Below are positions 58,565 through 64,000 of a stretch of DNA of 64,000 nucleotides, piece by piece. This stretch comes from Myxococcota bacterium. Lineage in GTDB: Bacteria; Myxococcota_A; Polyangia; Polyangiales; Sandaracinaceae. The DNA lies in the NCBI GenBank assembly GCA_036149055.1, contig JAYZQJ010000253.1, positions 1-64,000 of the forward strand. Reading direction: 5' to 3'. Positions within the stretch are counted from its first letter, which is position 1. Each line of letters starts with the position of its first letter. The notes beneath the pieces are model-generated. The model was given only the letters and a program-made list of their open reading frames with translations. It was not told where the DNA came from and made no database searches. The translations under genes were made by a program, and so were the position numbers.

Positions 58565-60715
58565 TCAGAGCTGGAGGAGGTAGGCCTCGAGGTCGTCGAG
58601 CTCGGCCTCGCTCAGCCCGCTCGTCGCGCCGTGCGCGTCGCCCGGGTTGCGGGTGGTGATCACCTCGCGGAGCGTCGCCGAGCCGTCGTGCAGGTAGGGC
58701 GGGCCGTTCCACAGCCCGCGCAGGGTCGGCGTGTCGAGCCCCGCGAGCGGCGCGCCCAGCCGGCCGCCGGAGCCCGGGCCGAGCGTGCCGACGTCGTGGA
58801 GCCGAGGCGCGCCCGAGGGCTCGATGGCGCTGTCGGTCATCGCCTCGCCCGCGTGACAGGCGGGGCAGCCCGCGGCCTCGAACACCGCGCGACCCCGGCG
58901 CCCCGCCTCGGTCAGGGAGCCGTCCGCCGCGCGGTGTGGGCTCGCCAGGAACGCGTCGAGCGAGGTCACGTAGGCGGCGAGCGCGTCGAGATCCGCGCTG
59001 AGCCCCGCCTTGGGCTCGCCGAAGGTGTCGGCGCGGGCCTCGAAGTCCGCGTCCTCCATCAGCCCCAGCCCCCGGAAGGGCCCCCGCATGTCGTGCTCGA
59101 AGTCCTGCACCTCGTCGAAGTTCGCGCTCCAGTGCAGCGGCCCGTGCCCCACCCCGGCGCGGCCGAGCAGATCGATGGTGTTGCGCAGCCCCTCGCCCCG
59201 ATCGGTGAAGTCCCAGGTGCGCCGGTCACTCTGGCCCTCGAGGTGGCAGTGCGCGCACGCGAGGTAGGAGTCGCGGGCGAGCCGCGGATCGGCCGCGTCG
59301 TTGAACAGGATCTTGCCGCGGAGGAGCTCGGGCGAGAGCGGCTCGACGCTCGGGATCGGGAGGCGCGCGAGCTCGGTCGGCAGCGCGCCCGAGTCCGAGA
59401 CGTCGTAGACGACGAGCTCGCGCGAGAGGTAAGCGTCGACGAAGAGGCGGGCGCCGTCGGCGGAGAGCGCGAGGCCCTGGGGCGCGAAGCCGACCTCGAG
59501 GATGCTCCCGGCCTGGGTCCGGCTCAGCACGTCGAGGCGCTCGACCGCCCGGCTGCCTCGCATCGCGAGGTAGAGGTAGTCCCCGCGCGGCGAGAAGACG
59601 GCCGCCGAAGCGAAGCCGCGATCGTCCCAGAGCTTGCGGCGCGCGAAGTCCTCGGCGCCGTCGCGCGGATCGAGGAAGCTCACCGCGGCGCGCAGGGTCG
59701 TCTCGTGGGTCAGCGGTCGCGGGCTCACGAAGAGCCCCTCCCCGATGGCGGCCTGCGTCGAGGGCGCCGCCGCGAGCGCGCCGTCGGGCGAGACGACGAG
59801 CTGCTCGACGTAGCTCGGCACGCCGCCGCTCTCGGTGTCGGAGCCCGGCTGCGGATCGTAGGCGAGCGCCCACGGCTCGACGGCGCCGCGCGCGGGATCG
59901 ACGGCGACGACCTCGCCGCGGTCGTCGGGCGAGCGCCAGCGGGTGACCGCGATGCGTCCGTCCGGCAGGAGCGAGACGCCGCGCGCGTCCTCCACCGCCG
60001 CGAAGCGCCGGACCTCGCCCCCCTCGACCCGCGCCAGCTCCCCGGTCGCCTGGAGCGAGACGAAGAGCGCCCCATGAGCCGCGATGACCCCGAAGGGGCG
60101 CGAGGCGCGAGGCAGCGCGACCGTCTCGACGTCGTCGCCCCGCACGAGGGCGAGCGCGTCGGCGCCCTGACACGCCACCGCCCATCCGCCGTCGATGGGC
60201 GCGACGGTGCGCGGCTCGTCGGGCACCGCGACGCGCCGGATCGGGGCGAAGGTGTCGGCGTCGAAGACGGCGAGCTCGTCCGAGTCGGGGCTGACCACCG
60301 CGACCTCGCCGCCGCGCAACGCCACCGAGCCGCTCTGCGCGGGCGCGTGCGTGACCGGGAGCGTGACGTTGACGGTGAGCGAGTCGGTGCGGGTGCGCCC
60401 CGCGTCGTCCCGCACCTCGAGGAAGGCGCGGTAGCGACCGGGGGCGGCGAAGGCGTGCCGCGCGACCGGGTCCGGGCCGGCCTCGGTCTCCGCGCCGTCA
60501 CCGAAGATCCAGCGGAAGCTCACCGCGCCGGTGGAGGCGGAGCCGTCGAGCACGACCTCCTGGTCCACGTCGGCGTAGCGCGACGGCCCCGCCTCGGCGG
60601 CGAGGGGCGGCGGACCGGCGTCCTCGGGAGCCGCGTCCTCGGGCGCGCTCGCGTCCGGCGCGGCCGCGCCGTCGCACGCGGTCAGGAGCGCGCAGAGGAG
60701 GAGCCGGCGGAGCAT
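58565..60715 (-). CDS. Lipoprotein: PKD domain, YVTN-like beta-propeller and di-heme cytochrome c peroxidase/MauG-like domain
   Basis: Lipobox LTA-C, PKD motif FRWIFGDG, CAHCH and CPACH, LHWSA, TPTLRG, PYLHDGS. Confidence 0.85.
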   Translation of the reverse strand: MLRRLLLCALLTACDGAAAPDASAPEDAAPEDAGPPPLAAEAGPSRYADVDQEVVLDGSASTGAVSFRWIFGDGAETEAGPDPVARHAFAAPGRYRAFLEVRDDAGRTRTDSLTVNVTLPVTHAPAQSGSVALRGGEVAVVSPDSDELAVFDADTFAPIRRVAVPDEPRTVAPIDGGWAVACQGADALALVRGDDVETVALPRASRPFGVIAAHGALFVSLQATGELARVEGGEVRRFAAVEDARGVSLLPDGRIAVTRWRSPDDRGEVVAVDPARGAVEPWALAYDPQPGSDTESGGVPSYVEQLVVSPDGALAAAPSTQAAIGEGLFVSPRPLTHETTLRAAVSFLDPRDGAEDFARRKLWDDRGFASAAVFSPRGDYLYLAMRGSRAVERLDVLSRTQAGSILEVGFAPQGLALSADGARLFVDAYLSRELVVYDVSDSGALPTELARLPIPSVEPLSPELLRGKILFNDAADPRLARDSYLACAHCHLEGQSDRRTWDFTDRGEGLRNTIDLLGRAGVGHGPLHWSANFDEVQDFEHDMRGPFRGLGLMEDADFEARADTFGEPKAGLSADLDALAAYVTSLDAFLASPHRAADGSLTEAGRRGRAVFEAAGCPACHAGEAMTDSAIEPSGAPRLHDVGTLGPGSGGRLGAPLAGLDTPTLRGLWNGPPYLHDGSATLREVITTRNPGDAHGATSGLSEAELDDLEAYLLQL

Positions 60716-60721
60716 GCGCCG

Positions 60722-62323
60722 CTACTCGGGCCCGGTGGTGAAGGTGAACGACGTGGTCTCCGCCACCGCGTTGCCGTTGAAGTCGACGATGCCGCCCGCC
60801 ATGACCTCCACGGTGTACTCGGTGTCCGGCTCGAGCGCACAGCGGGGGTGGACGTTGACGATCGCCTCCTGGGCGCTCACCACCGCCGGGACCCGCCCCG
60901 CGTCCGGATCCCCGCCGCTGCGGTAGAGCCGCACCGAGCCCTCGTGGGCCGAGCGCACGTCGATCAGCTCGTCGAGGCTGAGGCCGACGCGCGACGTGGT
61001 GCGGAGGCCGGTCGCGCCGTCGGCGGGCCAGGTCCAGACGACCGACGGGCCGCGCGCGTCGGGCTCGCGCGCGAACGGCGCGACGGCGCTGCCCTCGTCC
61101 GGGTTGGCGTCGTCGTCCACGCTCAGCACCGCGACGTTGCCGATCGGCGTGACGGTGTCGAGGTCGCCCTCGAGGTCGAGGCGGGTCACCTCGGTGATGT
61201 TCGACAGATCCGACACGTCGTAGATGGCGGCGAAGCTCGACTCCCCCACGAACGCGAGGTCGTGCTGCACGAAGACGTAGCCGCCGTTGCCGTCGGAGAT
61301 GTGGTCGCCGGCGTAGCGGGGCGCGCTCGGGTCGCGCACGTCGTAGACCACGAGGCCGCCGCCGCCGTCCTTGTTGGCGTAGTACACGTGGCCGCCGACG
61401 AGGTTGGTGAAGTAGGCCTCGCGCGGGCGGCCCTCGCCGTCCATCGCCAGGAAGTCGCCGCCCGGCCGCGGCTGCGGGTCCTCGGGATCGCTCACGTCGA
61501 GGATCACGGTGCGCGGCCCCTCGGCGGCGGTCGCGATCAAGAGGTTGCCGACCACCTGCACCTGGCCGACCCGCAGGATGGGATCGAAGACGTACTGACC
61601 GACGAAGCGCGGCTGGAGCGGGTTCGCGGCGTCCACCACGTACACCCCGTTGTCGGCGCCGGCGACGTAGACGTAGGGCACCTGCCAGAAGACGCTGAGG
61701 GTGACGCGCGCGTACGCGTCCGGGTAGACGAAGCCGGGCAGCTCCAGGTCGCGCACCGCGGTGGGCGCGGTCGGGTCGGAGATGTCCCAGAACTGGATGC
61801 CGCCGCGGCCCTCGGTGAGCGCGAGCCCGAGCTGGTCGACGACCGCCCAGCGCCCGTCGAGCTGCGAGAAGCCGATCGCGTGGGTCTCGCGCATGTTCGG
61901 CGAGTGCCCCGAGCCGACGACGGTCGGCTCGCAGGGATCGTCGAACTCCCAGAACGTCAGCCCGCCCGCCCCGTACTCCGGCGCCCAGGGCATGAGCAGG
62001 TAGCCGTCGTACATCGTCACGAGGTTGTGGTGATCGCTGGTGTCGAGCTCGCCTCCGTCGAGGAAGGCGCAGTTCGTGTAGAGCGCGCTCTCCTCGAAGG
62101 TGACGCGCGGGCCCCCGGGGCCGGCGTTCGGCGTCCACGCGTCGGGCGCGGGGAACGGGCCGGGCGCGGCGGTCGGGTCGCAGAGATCGACCACCGGCGG
62201 CCCCGCGTCGCCCGGGCCCGCGTCGACGGGTCCCGCGTCGGGCTCCGGCTCGGGGCCGGCGTCGGAGGTCGGCCCGCCGTCGCAGGCGACGAGCAGGAGC
62301 GAGCAGAGGGCGAGGCGGCGCAT
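60722..62323 (-). CDS. Lipoprotein with LVIVD repeats and C-terminal Ig-like (Big_5) domain
   Basis: Lipobox LVA-C, repeats FWDISDP, VILDVSDP, VYDVRDP, and PADGATG...LEPDTEYTV...FTFTT. Confidence 0.82.
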   Translation of the reverse strand: MRRLALCSLLLVACDGGPTSDAGPEPEPDAGPVDAGPGDAGPPVVDLCDPTAAPGPFPAPDAWTPNAGPGGPRVTFEESALYTNCAFLDGGELDTSDHHNLVTMYDGYLLMPWAPEYGAGGLTFWEFDDPCEPTVVGSGHSPNMRETHAIGFSQLDGRWAVVDQLGLALTEGRGGIQFWDISDPTAPTAVRDLELPGFVYPDAYARVTLSVFWQVPYVYVAGADNGVYVVDAANPLQPRFVGQYVFDPILRVGQVQVVGNLLIATAAEGPRTVILDVSDPEDPQPRPGGDFLAMDGEGRPREAYFTNLVGGHVYYANKDGGGGLVVYDVRDPSAPRYAGDHISDGNGGYVFVQHDLAFVGESSFAAIYDVSDLSNITEVTRLDLEGDLDTVTPIGNVAVLSVDDDANPDEGSAVAPFAREPDARGPSVVWTWPADGATGLRTTSRVGLSLDELIDVRSAHEGSVRLYRSGGDPDAGRVPAVVSAQEAIVNVHPRCALEPDTEYTVEVMAGGIVDFNGNAVAETTSFTFTTGPE

Positions 62324-62395
62324 GCTGCCGCTCATTGTAGAGGTCTTCTCGCGCCGGGCGCGTGCGCCTTCGCAGGCGGCGGGCTTACGTCCGGC

Positions 62396-63289
62396 TCACA
62401 GCACGAGGCCGCCGCCGAAGACGAAGAACATGCCCCAGACCCCGCCCTGGTCGAAGGCGAAGCCGAGCTCGTCGTCGAGGTTCATGGTGAGGCGCCACTC
62501 CCCGAACAGCTCCGCGCCGTACACCCGGCCGATGCCGCGGAGGAAGAGGTCCATGGAGAGCTGCGCCTGGTCGCGGGACTCGTCGACCGTCGGCAGGAAC
62601 ACGGCGCGGAAGCGGCCGCCGCCGAGCACGTTGGGGTGGTGGAAGGCGGCGGTGAAGCGCGTCTCGATCGAGACGTCGACCTCGCCGGGGGTGTCGCCCA
62701 CGATCGACGCGCGGTCCTCGAGCGGGAAGAGGAAGCCGCTCCGTACCGTGCCCTCGAGGTAGAGGAACTCGACCGGCACCGCCTCCGCCTGCACGCCGGG
62801 CACCACCGTGAGGCGCGCCGGCGCCCAGAGCCAGAGCTCCTCGTAGCCTCGCATCGAGGCCGCGGTCCACGCGGCGAGCGCCGCCTGGTCTTCGTTCGGC
62901 GCGGCCGGGAACGCGAGCCCGCCGGTGAGCCGGAGCCGCCAGGTGTGATCGTCGTGCAGCACGAGGCCGCCGTAGATCAGCGGGTTGGCGGCGGAGGCGG
63001 CGTCGCCGTCGAGGAAGCCGAAGAAGTTCTGGATCCCGGCCCAGGCCCAGCCGGCGGTCGCGCCGATCTCGATGGTCTGGTCGAAGACGAAGCGCAGCCG
63101 GAGCAGCCCGCTGACTCCGTCGACCCGCGTCCGGCCGATGCCGCGCGTGTGGAAGCCGAGCTCGACGGAGCCGCCCGAGGTGAGCGGCGCGAGCCGGTCC
63201 GGGGCATGCTCGACGCGGCGCTGGGCGGCGGCGGGGCTCGTGAGGAGGCAGGTCATGATCGTCGCGCAGCAGAGGGCGAGGCGAGGCAT
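62396..63289 (-). CDS. Putative outer-membrane beta-barrel protein
   Basis: Signal peptide ending AAA-Q, alternating amphipathic strands, ANPLIYG motif. Confidence 0.65.
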   Translation of the reverse strand: MPRLALCCATIMTCLLTSPAAAQRRVEHAPDRLAPLTSGGSVELGFHTRGIGRTRVDGVSGLLRLRFVFDQTIEIGATAGWAWAGIQNFFGFLDGDAASAANPLIYGGLVLHDDHTWRLRLTGGLAFPAAPNEDQAALAAWTAASMRGYEELWLWAPARLTVVPGVQAEAVPVEFLYLEGTVRSGFLFPLEDRASIVGDTPGEVDVSIETRFTAAFHHPNVLGGGRFRAVFLPTVDESRDQAQLSMDLFLRGIGRVYGAELFGEWRLTMNLDDELGFAFDQGGVWGMFFVFGGGLVL

Positions 63290-63446
63290 GGCGCGAGGTT
63301 CCGCCGGTCCGTTCCGAGCGTCAACCTCGCCTGGATCGGGCGCCGCGGCGCCCGGGTGAGATGCGCTCTGGTTCGGGCACCCTTCCCGTTCGTTCGTCGA
63401 TCTACGAGCCACGGAGACGATCTTCCCCATCCCCAAGCAGCCGGGG

Positions 63447-63824
63447 GGTAGGCCTCCCTCGGTTCGGTGGACACAGCCCCGGAGAGAAAGAGATGGGCAG
63501 TCGACCGAGAAAGTACCCCGATGACTTCAAGCAGGACGCTCTGGCGATGATCCGAGCCAACCCGGACTCCACCGTGAAGGAGATCGCGGAGCGGCTTGGT
63601 GTGAACTACTGGACGCTCAGTCACTGGTATCGTGCGTCCGTAGTGGCGCGAAAACAGAAGAAGAGCCCGAAGGCCCGCTCTCGGCAGCCTGGCCCCGGGG
63701 GAGCCGAGCATGAATCGGACGAGGAGCGACTCGAGCGACTCGAGGCCGAGAACGCCGCGCTCCGCAAGAAGGTCGACCAACTGGAGATGGATCGGGCGAT
63801 CCTAAAAAAAGCGGCGGCCTTCTT
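63447..63824 (+). mobile_element. Truncated IS3-family insertion sequence (left end plus orfA)
   Basis: IRL-like GGTAGGCCTCCCTCGGTTCGGTGGACAC, orfA and A7G frameshift window at 63804-63811. No orfB follows. The exact left boundary is uncertain. Confidence 0.75.
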
Positions 63825-63888
63825 GTTAGCGCGCGCGCAGTCTGAGGTTCGGGGCCGCGATCTCGCGCACGCTGCTCGAGGGAAGTGA
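63493..63888 (+). CDS. IS3-family transposase OrfA
   Basis: HTH RKYPDDFKQDA...IAERLGVNYWTLSHW and leucine zipper LEAENAALRKKVDQLEMDRAILKKAAAF. Confidence 0.88.
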   Translation: MGSRPRKYPDDFKQDALAMIRANPDSTVKEIAERLGVNYWTLSHWYRASVVARKQKKSPKARSRQPGPGGAEHESDEERLERLEAENAALRKKVDQLEMDRAILKKAAAFLLARAQSEVRGRDLAHAARGK

Positions 63889-64000
63889 GGCCGGCGCCAC
63901 GCCGATGCCCATCGCCGAGTTTTCGTGTTTTGCGGCCGGGTCCGGGTAGACGCGGCTGCGGAGGCGAGAGCATCGGCGCAGGGCCGACCGAAGAGGTGGC

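Noticed and set aside
63820..63835. GTTAGC/GCTAAC as an integron attC core
   Set aside because: No partner box, hairpin, cassette array or integrase is visible.

Overview
Very GC-rich chromosomal window, inferred to come from a myxobacterium (Myxococcota, Polyangiales/Sandaracinaceae-like) on the basis of its many Cys-rich lipoproteins, TPR proteins, PEGA domains and Ser/Thr kinases. Housekeeping genes are guaA, guaB, hutU-hutI, topoisomerase IV parC-parE, leuS, thiD, greB and phoD, interleaved with many secreted or lipoprotein genes. An IS3-family remnant lies at the right end. I found no rRNA, tRNA or CRISPR array. The best candidates for undescribed systems are: (1) an orphan ParA ATPase with two N-terminal CSVC-x22-C-x3-C metal-finger repeats, followed by a small ribbon-helix-helix protein and a compound repeat array (13940-15830); (2) a twice-occurring, translationally coupled pair of a TPR/hydrophobic-hairpin/terminal-Phe protein and a Cys-rich lipoprotein, one copy of which sits between guaB and guaA; (3) a degenerate GGDEF-pseudokinase-kinase cluster upstream of leuS. 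Family assignments come from motifs read by eye; no database search was run.
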